DNA from: Podarcis vaucheri
Lineage: Eukaryota
DNA: 64,000 nucleotides
NCBI GenBank assembly: GCA_965113315.1
Contig: OZ220371.1
Strand: one strand, 5' to 3'
Made by a program: the position numbers and the translations under genes. Position 1 is the first letter of the stretch, and the number at the start of each line of letters is the position of its first letter. Below are positions 50,706 through 63,284 of the stretch, piece by piece. The notes beneath the pieces were generated by a model that saw only the letters and a list, made by a program, of their open reading frames with translations, searched no databases and was not told the DNA's origin.

Positions 50706-52039
50706 CCGTATTTTCCGCTCTATAACACGCACCTGACCATAACACGCACGTAGTTTTTAGAGGAGGAAAACAAGAAAAAAATATTCTAAACGAAACAGTG
50801 GATGTATGATTTTTGTGGTTCATGCTGTGGCCACAGACGTGATCTGACGGTGAGTTTGGGGTAGCCCAATGCAAAAATCCTGAGGATCCATGTGGATCCA
50901 TGCTTTGTAACCACGTTTTTGCGCCATTGCAGCCCCATGAAACAGTGGGTGCGTGTGTGTGTTTTGGTGCAGGCTGTAGCCATGCATATGCTATATGATC
51001 TGATGGTGAACTTGGGGTGACCCAGTGCAAAAATCCTGAGGATCCATGTGGATCCGTGCTTTGTAACCACATTTTAAGTGGGGAGGGAAGGAAAAGTATT
51101 AAAGGGAGAAGGAACACGTGTGGGGTGTGTGGAGAAGGATGTGGCTAATAATGCAGGAGAGGGGTCTAAGGGGACAAGGAACACGTGTGGGGTGGGTGGA
51201 GAAGGATGTGGCGAATAATGCAGGAGAGGGGTCTAAGGGGACAAGGAACACGCGTGGGGTGGGTGGAGAAGGATGCTGCTAATGATGAAGGAGAGGGATC
51301 TAAGGGGAAAAGGAGCTCGCATGGGGTGGTTGGAGAAGGAGCTTTTCGGAGAGCTGAGCGGGGAGGGGGGAGGGAAAGAGCACTGTTGCTTTAAAGGAGC
51401 CAACCGGACAGCAGCCACTTACAGCAGTGTAAGCAGCTCCCTTCCTCTCCCGCTTTGCTCCTTCTCTCCCTCTTTGCTGCTTTACACAGCTAATGGTGAA
51501 TCCCCTGCAACCCAAGTCCTGCTCAGCGGATCAGCTGAGACGCTGGGAGAATTTTAATTTCCCCCTCTCCCTCATCCCGTGCCCTCCTGTCCCCAGCAGC
51601 CTTTTAAAAAACTTTTTTACTGGTTTTCACTGCGCTTGTGGCTCAGAGCCCTCCTGTGCCCTGCCGTCCCTCTGCAGCCTCATTGCTCCGTTTAGAGCGC
51701 ACGGACCTTTGCTAGCTGAGGCTGCAGCAGCTGTTGCTGGCTACGCGGCACTTTTTCCGGCTCGCTACGGCTCCCGTCTGTCCCTCCTCGCGTGTAAGCG
51801 GCTGCTGCCCGCTTTGCTGGCATGGCTCTCCTTCCCTCCCTCCTCCTCAGCTCCACCCCCTCCTCCTGGCTGTAAAGCAAGCAAAGTTAGAGCCGTGCAA
51901 AGCCCTGCAAGCAGCTCCCGCTTTGCTTGACTGACGGCAGCCATGGATCCAGTGAGTGCATTCGCTCTGTAACACGCACAGGCATTTTCCCTTCCTTTCT
52001 AGGAGCAAAAAAGTGTGTGTTTTGGAGCGAAAATTACGG
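50706..52039. mobile_element. pogo/Tc2-like non-autonomous element nested in the hAT
   Basis: TIRs CCGTATTTTCCGCTCTATAACACGCAC / GTGTGTGTTTTGGAGCGAAAATTACGG; TA on both sides. Confidence 0.88.
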
Positions 52040-52524
52040 TAATTCCCAGCAAGCAATTAGCATGCTCGCTCCACCTCCTCCTCCTCCTGGCTTTGCTGCT
52101 GCTGCTGCTGCTGCTGCTGCGCGGCTCTTTTCCTCCCCCGACGGCGCGCTGCGCCTTGGAGAGGTTCCCGCTTCCTCGAGGGGGGCCGGCCAAACGCGCC
52201 CCCCCAAATGTTGCGCCCGGTGCAGCCGGCACCCCTGGCACCCCCCACGCTACGCCACTGTTCTCTCTTGATCCCCTCCCTCATCCTGACTTCATGCAAA
52301 TCCAGGATTGCCATGAGGCACTATGACTTGATTGAATTGTATTAATTGTTTTGATTAATGTTGCTGTTTGCTTTCTATTGGAAAAGAAGAGTACAAATAT
52401 TAAATCAACTCCAGTCCTCTAACAGGGATAGCACTCTGACTTAATGCAAATCCAGGATTATGATGTGCACTACTAATCCTCCAATGGGGGATGCACAATG
52501 ACACCCTTACATTTTTATGTATAT

Positions 52525-52904
52525 AAAGGTAAAAGGTAGGTAAAGGGCCCCTGGACGGTTAAGTCCAGTCAAATTCAACTATGGGGTGCAGCGCTCATCT
52601 CCGCTTTCATCCGAGGGAGCTGATGTTTGTCCACAGACAGCTTGGCAGGTCATGTGGCCAGCAGGACTAAACCGCTTCTGGCACAATGGAACATTGTGAT
52701 GGAAGCCAGAGTGTGCGGAAACACCATTTACCTTCCCATCACAGCAGTACCTATTTATCTATTCACATTCGTATACTTTTGAACTGCTAGGTTGGCAGGA
52801 GCTGGGGAAAATCAATGGGAGCTCACCCCATCGCGTGGATTCAAACCACCAACATTATGATCTGCACGCCCAATAGGTTTGGTGGTTTAGACCACAGTGC
52901 CACC
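52525..52904 (-). mobile_element. Sauria SINE (older subfamily)
   Basis: Homologous to 780-1147; AAAGGT tail repeats; TACCTATTTATCTA core. Confidence 0.9.
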
Positions 52905-54066
52905 TGGCAAGGCCTAGGCTGGTGTGGTAGCAGTCAGATATCAAAACGATCTAGCTATGTAGGGTCTTTAGGAGAAACTGAGGTATAGCACAGTGAGGTA
53001 GTCCAAGAATGGATGAGGTCCAATAGGGTGTTGTGAGGCAAAGGCAAACACAGCATAATTGACTTTCTTCCATGTTTGTATTCATCTACACTTTTGAAGC
53101 CTGCTCAGGGCTGTAGCATGCCTGCTTTCTGATGTCTGCATGCTTGGCAATTCTTTGGTTTGTTGCATGTTTAGCAGTACTTGTCAGGACTTGCAGAGTC
53201 TGTGCAGAAGAGTACTGCAGCCCTGACTGTAATGCTTGTTGCCACTGCATTCAGAGAGAATACAAAAAGAAACATACAGCCTAAATTCAGCTGCTCTTGA
53301 AAGGAGACGTATTAAAATAATCTTGCAGTTCTGCATTGCCACTAGCAAAAGGGGTCAGTAAGAAGCAGCTACAACTCCAAAAGCTTTTCAAGTATCACTA
53401 GGCATGCATTATGCCTTTCCTTTGCTGCATGGCCTTTATTCAGGATCTCCCATCTTGGCAGTGGTGGGGAGGCATTCATAGTGAAGAGATGCTACCTTCT
53501 GGAGTGTATAATAATAGTTGCTGCATGCCCACCCCCCCAAATATTTTTCCTCCATTACCCATTATCCATATTAGTATGGAAGCAGAAGTTCACATTTCCA
53601 TTGATGAAAACCTTCATCATATCCCACACAAAAACACACACGCACCTGTTTTAGCTAAGGTATAATTAGACCTTAGGACAAGATTACATATCTTGCATCC
53701 TCTTCTCCCCAACGGGAAATTGCATTGCCAGAGAGTATGTGTTTGGCAATCTAATACATTAGGTGATGTGGAGAGGCCCAACAAATTCTGTGGAGCAGAT
53801 TAATTTGAATTAATTTTAGCTTGCAGCCAGTATTGGATGTTTGAACAGAGGCCAGAATTTTCTGCCATTATTTAGTCTGGATGGTAATTTGTGCCTCGAG
53901 AATACTGCTTAGCCTGAGAGAATCAAGTGGGGGTTAGGAATTTTCTCACAATAACTTGCAATATACTGAAGCCAATGTTCTGTACTAACTAAATGCATTT
54001 ACAGTGAGATGCAGCTATTGTGAGGTTGTAGGAGTAGCTTAAGTCTACAGCTAAATGTGTGAGCAG

Positions 54067-54482
54067 CAAAGATGGACAAATCTTTCAATTTAGATTTCTC
54101 TCAGTTTCAAGTCTTAAATTCTTCATGTTTCTACATCAGTTTGGGATTTATTAATTCTTTAAAGTCCTCGTGAAAATTCGCTAGCATTTTAGTGCAAATT
54201 TCTCCTAATAAACACATTATTGTATGCTGTTGTTCCTAATACAGTATACACATTTTTGCAAGCAATTCCTCCTAATATAATGCATTTCACTAATAGTTGC
54301 ATTTTTATGCACACCATGCTGTAATATATGCCTACTGTTAAACACTATTTGTTTGGAGAGTTGCAACACAAAATTCAGAGCAGTGGGGATTTTGAAGAAG
54401 GGCTGTGTTTTGGTTCACATATTATTTTGGGAACAGTGAAAGTTTGAACTTCAGATCCAAAATAAGTTTTCCCACATCCTCA
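54067..54482 (-). mobile_element. Old hAT-Ac-like element, family E
   Basis: Colinear similarity to 43500-43909 (TCTTAAATTC, TTTCTCCT(A/G)ATA, AAAATTCAGAG). Confidence 0.6.
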
Positions 54483-55208
54483 TGGAAGTGATCTGAATAT
54501 GATAGAAGGGGAAAGGATGGCAAGAACATCTTGGTTATTTTATGGTGGGGAGGGGGATAGAAGTTCAAGCAAGATCTATCTGTAGTTTTAAGTCTAGGAT
54601 TGTTCCAAACTGAGGAATTCTATTCTAAGTATGAAATATATTCATATTGTCCAGCCACATTATTATAATCCTGATTAGAGTATTGGTTAAATCCATCTTG
54701 GCGAAACTCCTCTCAATAACTACAACTGTAATGGGGCCCTTAAGATAAGTGTAATTTCTGCAGGTGAGGGCAAAAGCAGCAAGAGAATCAAGAGGTATAA
54801 GAAAATGTGTTGTTTTTTTTCTAGCATAAAGAAGAGAAAAGCTCAGAAAGAGTATTTAATGATGCCTTCAAATGAATATTCCTCCTCCCCTGTATCCACA
54901 GGACTTCTTAGTAAAAGAATGGGCAATAACAGAATGCTGGTACCTGCTCCTCTTTCCCAGCTTCTGGTCCCAGTCATAATCTCCAGCATCCCCTGTGTTG
55001 CTGCAGAGGCTTCTTCCACCATGGGTTCCCAAAACCCAAAAAAGGAGGAGGCGGCTTTCTGCATGGCTTCACCCAGGCAATGGACCTTCCTGCCAGAGGT
55101 GGGCCATTTCTCTGTGGGCTTTTTGCCATGCCGTTAAGTCATTATTATTCTGGCAGGCGTTCAACATGCTTTTTCACCTGTTGCAGACCCAACTGGGCAC
55201 TTTAGGGT

Positions 55209-55220
55209 TGTGTGTGTGTT

Positions 55221-55278
<58 letters not shown>
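55209..55278. repeat. (GT)n(GA)n microsatellite
   Basis: Directly visible. Confidence 0.97.
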
Positions 55279-55280
<2 letters not shown>

Positions 55281-55288
55281 GCCCTGCA

Positions 55289-55425
55289 CAGGACTTTTTT
55301 TTCCAGCTGGAACTCCCCAAAGCATAGTTCCAGCACTTCTCAGGTGGCACCATTGCCATTCTAAAAGAACGGGGGAGGTGTTCATGGTGAGTTCCAGCAC
55401 CTCTTTTCCTAGAAAAATAGCACTG
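55289..55425 (+). mobile_element. hAT MITE, family D
   Basis: Homologous to 24078; TSD gccctgca/gccataca. Confidence 0.8.
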
Positions 55426-58400
55426 GCCATACATATTGTTATGGCAAATGAAGGATGGGTGATTAATGTTTATAATAGCACAAATAATAAAGATGTATCC
55501 CTGCACCACGAGTGTGACACAGTTCTGTTGTCATGGTTGTGGAATTCCCTCTCAGTGGAGATTTGCATGTCTTCCTCATTGATATATTTCCATTACCAAC
55601 TGGAGATTTTATTTGTTCTTCCTGGTCTTTTGCGGCTTATAATAGGACTAAATGGTTGCTGATGGTTGCGTGTTGGGCTGCTTGCAAGCATTTCCATTAT
55701 TGTGGTTTCGCAGTTTTATCATTGAGATTTTATTCTTGTATTAACAAAACCTGCACATCACTCTGTGAAGATCAGCTGAAGGACAGTCTAGAAATGTGTC
55801 AGCATTTCAACTTCCACAACCCGACTGCATCAGGGACCCCAGTTGTCCATATATGCCAGGACTACCTGTGACCCCAGCAGAGACACACCTCTCTGGCTGA
55901 GTGCACATTCATTGCTGCAGGGATCTAAAATACGCTTCCCACCACCATCAGTGTGGTCACAGAGAATGCAGTCAGAATGTCAACATCCAGCAGAGGTTTC
56001 AATTTTTTTCTAAAAGGAGAGTTTTCTTCTTTCTTAAAGGAACAACACTAGTTGTGCTGCAGCCAATTTCAGGATGAATTGCAACCTGCCTGTTGACAAA
56101 AGATACTTTCAGCATATTGAGACGAGACTGCAATCTTTACTGTGCATGCTCCCCTGGGAGTAAATTCATCGAATGCAATGGGACTTTCTTACTAATAAAC
56201 ATGATTCCACTGCTGGTTGATTTCAGGGTCCCTAATGTGCAAGTCCAGAAATTTCTTTCAGTACCAGGCACAGTTTGAACAAAAATAAAAATTTGAGCAT
56301 GAGCAGACTGTATTTTCTTAAACTCTGGGTAGATGCCTTCTTCCCTAAATGTAAGAAGTATGACAGCAGGGAAAATAGCAGGGTTCCCCACTGGGTCTGA
56401 GCTAATCAACTCTTTTTAAAAAGAACAAAATTACACCAGTTTCAGTTTGCATTCTGAAGGTTTCCTTTTAATTCCTGAATAACGAAGATGGAAAAACTAT
56501 CATATGCTGGAGGGCAGCAGCTTGCCTTAATATTTGCATTTGCATTTAATTAATATAATGTCTTTATTATTGGTATAGCTGTGGAGCATGCTGGTCCACA
56601 GCTAGTAAATTGTTGTGCTTTTTTTTTTTTTATTCAATATTATTCTAGGATACTTACTTCCATATATGGAAAACCTTTGTGCTGGAAAGAAATATGCAGC
56701 CTAGGCACTACTATAAGGCACATTAAATTTGCACAAGGCCTATATTTCACAGACAGCACAGAAGCAAAACAGAATCTGCCACTGAATCTGGCTCCTATAA
56801 GAGATGCAATATGCAAAGGCATATTTCTTGCATACTGACAAATTAAGGATCAATTAATACATATATTGGATTTACATTTTAAATAGGAAAAATGTGAGAA
56901 CCAAAAACTTGCACAATTTTGCAACAATGTGCTTCTCCAAAAACCGATCATTAAAATTTATTAGTAAATATATACATAATTTTGTGATTAGATTAGAAGT
57001 CTGAATTTCAGACACACACACACACATATGAAATCACCACTTTTTTTTTAAAAAAAGAAACATTTAATCTCAGTTACCATGTTTTAATATTTCCACAAGC
57101 CAGATAAAAAGGGAGAAAAAACAAATTTCTTTTTTTGTTGTTGATTGCAGCAAAAATACTCAGAGAGGTAAGTCAATTATTTTGCCCACTGCCAAAGTCT
57201 TTGCTCCCAGTTACAATAATGAAGCCAGGCCACCATCTTTATAAGAATTGCCTTCCCGTCAGCTCCCTTCCATATCTGTTGGCTATGATGCCTACTCATT
57301 GCAGCTGCAAGCATTCATTCTCATGCAGCTGGTTTCTTTTGACTGTCAGATGTGGCCCAGAATTCTTTTCTTACCCAGTGCCATGTCATGCCCTTTGATA
57401 CATTGCTACTGTTGGCATCTGCATCCTTTGGCATATGTAGAAACCAAAGGTGACAGCTGCATTGTGCTGAGCAACAAATAGGGACACCGTTTCTGAACTG
57501 GTAGAAGCAAAAGTCACTTTCTGTGGAAGTAGGTGGATAGAAGGAAATAAAGATTATTATTAGATTATTTCTAACCTAATTCGGCTTTGTAGAGCTTTTG
57601 CCACCATTTGAACTTTAAAAAGCGGGTGCTTAATTGTACTGAGAAGTCTGCATTGCATGACATCCACATCAAACGCTAATGGTTATACAAGGAGATATTT
57701 CTTTCTTGGGGAGTAGAAAGGCTGCAAGTGTGAGTTTGCTGGTACTAGTTAATTGCCACCTAATCAAAGGCGCTCAGAAGTTGTGCTGTTGTGTAAAATC
57801 AGTACATAAAAGGCAGTGAATATATGTTCAAACGGATGTGTTTTGAAATATGTAAACACACAGAGGAGAGCTTAACTTCACCTGTTTGTCTATTTACACC
57901 AGGTTTTTTCCATTCAATATTTAGTGAATTGATGAAATCCCTTTAAGACACATGAGCTAGAAGTGCACAGGTATTTTGGTACATTTTACTTTCCTTCTTT
58001 CTTTAAAATATGGAACATTCAATGAATTTGCAGGTCACCTTGGTACATTTTCTGAGCTGAGTACAGTAGAGTAAAATTTGGACAAATACAAAATCTGTAC
58101 GATAATTATGTTCCAGCCCATCTATTTGTCTGAGAGGTGCAAATTTGCTTACAGAGGTGGAATCAGTGATACTCTCCTCCATTCCTGCTTCTGAGTCAGA
58201 GATTCCCCACCCCACACCAGACCTGCTGACCACCTGAAAGAAGGCCCTTAGATTCCACTGGTGAACCTTATACTGTATTTTGTTGCTGTTTTTTCATGTT
58301 CCTAAAGCAATTGCTGTCTCATGGCAGATAACTCAATTACCTGTGACAGACCTACAAGTGTCAGTTTAAAACACTGCACAAATAAATATATTTCCAAGCA

Positions 58401-59232
58401 GCATTCTTTGTTTGTCTCTCTAGTTTTGCATAATGTCGAGCTCACTGCATTTTGAATATTTTCATTTCCACAGTTATTGCTGAGGGCTGTGAAATCACTG
58501 CTATGTACATTTTTGAATTTAAGATGAGGTATGGCCTCATTTTTCCCTTTCCATTGCCAAAAGCATTAGATTTCCAAACAAACCTTATTTTCTTTTGTTT
58601 TTTAAATGGCATATTTGATTAAACTTATTAGGTTTAAATGGTTCCTCATAATACATCAATACGAGCACAGTACAGTAGCTGATATTAATGAGCATGCCAC
58701 AATGCGAAGGAACACAATCAATGGCTTAAGTGAATATTTTCTGCCTGAGGGAGAGAAATGAGCATTAAAGTATATCAGAGCCTTCCTCTAATGCTTCCAG
58801 CTTGATAAACATGACCTCACTCTTTCTTTGAGGTTCTAGTGCTGAACCAGGGCCTGGAATCAGCAAAGCAAGGGAATCTTTTAGGTACCAAAATGTCACC
58901 ATAGGGTGGGATCTCACAAGTGAGTTCTACATCAGAGCTGGATAACTTCAGGTGCAAGCTTTGAATGTGGACTTCCAGGTCTCTCTGTCTAACCCTCAAA
59001 ACTCTTCCTACAGTGCAAAGATAAAATCTGCATTCATTGCTCCACCCACTTTCACTGCTGGTCCCACCCACCATTGGCATGAGTGGCTGGAAGCTGGAAG
59101 GTTGCCCAGAAAGGGACTAGAGCCTTCAAAAAGGTTCCCCATCTCTGTTCCAGTGTATCTCCAGGCTGTTCATGTAAAGTGGACATTGGAGGTCCTGATT
59201 CATGTTCTGTTGCTATCTTGATAATTCTAGAT

Positions 59233-59885
59233 CTGTGGTTCCCAGTGGCACCAGGTATATGGGACAGAGGGGGCTTCAGGTCTCCCAATATTTTTGGACA
59301 AGGGCAACAGCCATCCCAATATTGAGGGGACTGCCACCCCCTCCTGCTGCTGGGTGCCCTCTGCCGGCAGCCCAGGAGCCAGGCAGCAGCTGGGACAAGT
59401 GAAGCAACGATCACCTGCGCTCGTCCCAGCTGAAGCCCAGCTCCTGGGCTGCCAGGCTGCTGAGCTGCAGCTGGGACGAGCAGGTATGGAGATCAGCCTC
59501 TACACAACCCGACCCAGGCAGCATCATTTGACAGATCATGTGATGCATCAGCATGAGGGGCAAATCGCCCCCTGGTGGTTCCCAAAGTTTCTGGGCCCAC
59601 CACCTTCTTGGTTCCATGAGCTCACCCCCAGTGTCCCCCACCCTATAAAAACATTATTCAGAATAGCAATTTGCACAACCCATGATGGAAGATAAAATAA
59701 TAAAATTCAAAACAGTACCAATCAATTGCACATTTATTCACAATCCTGTTAAAACCATTTTGTTTAATTTTCGGATAGTCATTTACACCCCCAGTGCCCC
59801 CACTGCTGCCTCATTGCCTCTTAGCACCCCCAGGTAATCCTATCCCCACCCTCGGGTGTGGTAGTGTCTCCTTTGGGAACCACGG
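59233..59885. mobile_element. hAT-Charlie-like element with a GC-rich internal insert
   Basis: Ends CTGTGGTTCCCA / TGGGAACCACGG; TSD ttctagat/ttctacat. Confidence 0.7.
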
Positions 59886-59929
59886 TTCTACATATGAAAG
59901 TCCATCAAATCCAAACATTTCAAATCCAA

Positions 59930-60290
59930 AGCCCGAAGAAAAATATCAAAGGCCAAAGAAAAATATCAAAAGGACTGGAGCAAATTTATTATTTACCTGA
60001 AAGAAAATTGTACTCATTTAAAAACGTTTGTAGCATTAATGTGAAATGTTTTGTAATGTGAAATTAAGATGTTGATTTGTAAACAAGAGTGTGATATTTT
60101 ATGGTGACTATAGGATAAAGAAATGACTACAGGAATGTGAAAAATATGTTATAGCTTATAGGGATGTCAGAAAGAGAGATAGAAGGAAGTCTAAGCCCAT
60201 CTTGAGCAAATAATATAAGTTGTGAATATGTGTATTGAATTAAATGAAATATGGAAAAATTCAATAAAAATTATGCTGGAATTATTTTTT
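59930..60290 (+). mobile_element. L1-like LINE 3' end
   Basis: KDWSKFIIYLKENC-like C-terminus, AATAAA, flanking TTCAAATCCA repeat. Confidence 0.6.
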
Positions 60291-61135
60291 TTCAAATCCA
60301 CAAATTTTCATGTGACGTGCACAGAATAATCCCCACATTACCTGACACATTTGTATTGCCTGTGCATTGTTTTCCTGATATATAGCATGCAAGCTGACAG
60401 CATTTTGCTATTGGATTCAGCAGCTCCTGTATAGCAATGTGGTTTGGACTTCATCAATTGCCCCTATTATTTGAGCAATTGGTTTCACACCGAAAGCTAA
60501 ATGATAGTTTCAAGGTTAACTTCTGGTTAAATAACAACCTGGGGTCAAATAAGAACTTTGAACCAGTGCTCAGATTTCAGGAGAGATAGTGAATGTTCCA
60601 TGCCAGCCCTTCCTTTTTTCATAAGCAAGCTCCCTGGCCAGTTCAGGGATGTTGCAAAGAGTATTGGAAGGCTCATCGAGGCCTGTGGGGTTTGAACAGT
60701 TGGGAGAGAGGTAGGAGCACACTTCTCTGCACATGAATGGTCAAAGAAGCAGACAGCACAAAGGAAAGTCAAATCCAGGCACTGTGCATCAAAGCTGTTG
60801 ATCCAAATTTTTTTGTCAGTTTCGAGCAGTCACACCCTGGGGTTTGGCTGGTTCTTTTCCTTCTCATCTACTATCAACCTCTTCTCCCAGGGCGTGCCCT
60901 CACTGCACCTGTTCTTACATTAAAGCAGACTTCCAAGACCTGGAATACATGATCAACACTTTAACTTCCCTTTCTCACTAACCCCTCCCCCCCCAAAAAA
61001 AAATGTTATGCCAGAATTCCTTTCCCCAGGCAAAGTTCCTTCCATCTGGTATTACTGGGCTTCATTAGTTCTCTGCAAAAATTAAGAAAAAAGTCAGCAG
61101 TATGGATCTCCTTTTCATAGAATGGTAGTTATGAA

Positions 61136-61580
61136 CTCCCAGTATGTTTCCAAGCACAATTCAAAGTGTTGGTGCTGACCTTTAAAGCTCTAAAAGGCCC
61201 TGGCCCAGTATACCTGAAGAAGCGTCTCCACCCCCATCGTTCAGCCCAGACACTGAGATCCAGTTCCAAGGGCCTTCTGGCAGTTCCCTCACTGCAAGAA
61301 GTGAGGTTACAGGGAACCAGGCAGAGGGCCTTCTCAGCAGTGGCGACCACCCTGTGGAACGCCCTCCCATCAGATGTCAAGGAAATAAAAAACTATCTGA
61401 CCTTTAGAAGACATCTGAAGGTAGCCCTGTTTAGGAAAGTTTTTAAAGTATTATGTTTTATCGCTTTATTATTATTATTATCATTAATTTTGTTGGGAGC
61501 TGCCCAGAGTGCTGGGGAAACCCAGCCAGATGGGTGGGGTATAAATAAGAAATTATTATTATTAATTATTATTATGATTA
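61136..61580 (+). mobile_element. L2 LINE 3' end
   Basis: FKVLVLTFKAL.G.GPVYL...TLRSS...RAFSAVATTLWNALP...FRRHLK; 3' UTR and (ATT)n tail. Confidence 0.92.
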
Positions 61581-62964
61581 TCTAACATTTGCAGACCATT
61601 CTGAAAAACACTTTGTTTTCAACAATGGATATTTCCCCTCCCCTTGTTGTTATTAAATCCGACGCATACCAAATATTGCACCTTTTCTAGAGATGTTGGA
61701 GCTAGCCGCAGTGGGGCATGCTTTAGTTTGCATCGAGACTGGACTACTGAAATATGCTGTACATGGGAGCTGCTATCAAAGCTTTATTTATTTGCTTTGG
61801 GGAAAGATTTGATTGGTTCAAAACACAGCAGCTAGGATTCTCACGGGAATACGAGCACAATATGTGTGGTGTTGCACAGATAAGAATTTGATGTAGCTGA
61901 TGAGTTTCTTTCTTTTTATCTAATTAACTGACCAATTACATTTAAATGAACCTTGATTATTTGTGTATAATCGAACTGGCATAAGAACAAGTATTGGGAG
62001 AATATTTTTTAAAATGAAAATAATGAGTAAAATATTAAAGCTCAACATAATGCAGTTCACTGAAATTAAAATAGGCATAAATCTAAAATTATATTATTTG
62101 GAAGGTCTTAACATTACAAGCTGAGAATATTACCATCCCAAAGTGTTTAGGATATATATTCATTATGGAGATTTATGTTACACCATTCTATCTAAACAAG
62201 AGCCAAGGCACCTGAGAATATATGTGCATCCTGTTATTAGTCCTTATTTGGTTAGGTACATTTCTTCACCATTGAGAAACTGTTAACTATATCCCAATGC
62301 CCTAATTTATCAGAGTTGTCTGCTCTGAAAGATCTATTTCACGTACCCTCAATGGTGCCTCCCCTTTGAAAGTGTAAAAATTGGAGTCTAGACTTCTTAT
62401 CAACCTCTTCTTTTATTAAGCACTGATAATAAAATATGGCTAAAAGGTTTCACAATAGCTTTCCCCTTATCATGTCCGTTCAGATCAAACAGGCCTACTT
62501 CATAATGCTGGTGCTAATATTAAGCATTATACATTGTGCTCAGGAAATTCAGTGTGGGAGTCATGCCTACTAAGCTTTGATCCTGAGAGGCCTTTGACCT
62601 AGTTAAGATTGGGATTGTGTTTCAGATATTTCGTAGAGCTGACCTTGGTTCACGGCAAGAGACAAGAAATGCAGTTTTCCTTTCTCCCTAGTTTAAAGAG
62701 TGTTATATTCATTCTGGCCCAACCCAACACAGCAATGCATGGTGGTATCATGGGAACAAGTGCAATAGCCAAAGTGTAGCGCACAGGTGGAAATTTTGTG
62801 GCCCTCTAGATGTTGCAGGACTACCATCACTGCCCACTGCCCACTGGTTCTGCTGGCTGGGGCTGGTGGAAGTTGTAATTCAGCAACAACTGTAGGGTCA
62901 CCAGCTTAGCCAGTTTACCATACAGTGATATATTTATTTATTTATTGCATTTATTGCGTACAGT

Positions 62965-63100
62965 GATATATTTATTTATTGCATTTATTTATCTGGCCTT
63001 TCCTCTAAGAATCTCAAGGCAACATATGCTGCTCTCCATACTCCCATTATATCCTCACAACAACCTGTGATGTAGCTTTGGCTGAGTCACAGTGAACATA
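62965..63100 (-). mobile_element. Old Squam3/MIR-like SINE 3' half
   Basis: (TTTA)n tail, TCTCAAGGC, ATCCTCACAACAACCTGTGA core. Confidence 0.6.
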
Positions 63101-63284
63101 AATCTCCAGCACTCTGGCCAGATCCACTCCATACATTTAATGTCACTTTAACAGTCATGGCTTCCCCAAAAGAATCCTGGGAACTGTATATTGTTAAGGG
63201 TGCTGAGAATAGGTTCGTGATCCTTATTCCCCTGATGCAGAACTACCATTTCCAGAATTCACTAATAAGAGAGGTTGATTGAGG

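Larger units (their letters stand above)
50253..52260. mobile_element. Composite non-autonomous hAT element (2008 bp)
   Basis: TIRs CAGTGGCGTAGCGTGGG / CCCACGCTACGCCACTG; perfect TSD TTCTCTCT at 50245-50252 and 52261-52268. Confidence 0.92.

Noticed and set aside
50308-51117. 269-aa ORF with repeated motifs
   Set aside because: Translation of the minisatellite and internal duplications; it crosses a TE junction.
58153-58233. 81-nt frame-preserving exon candidate on the minus strand
   Set aside because: Peptide unrecognised and isolated; splice-like pairs are common by chance.
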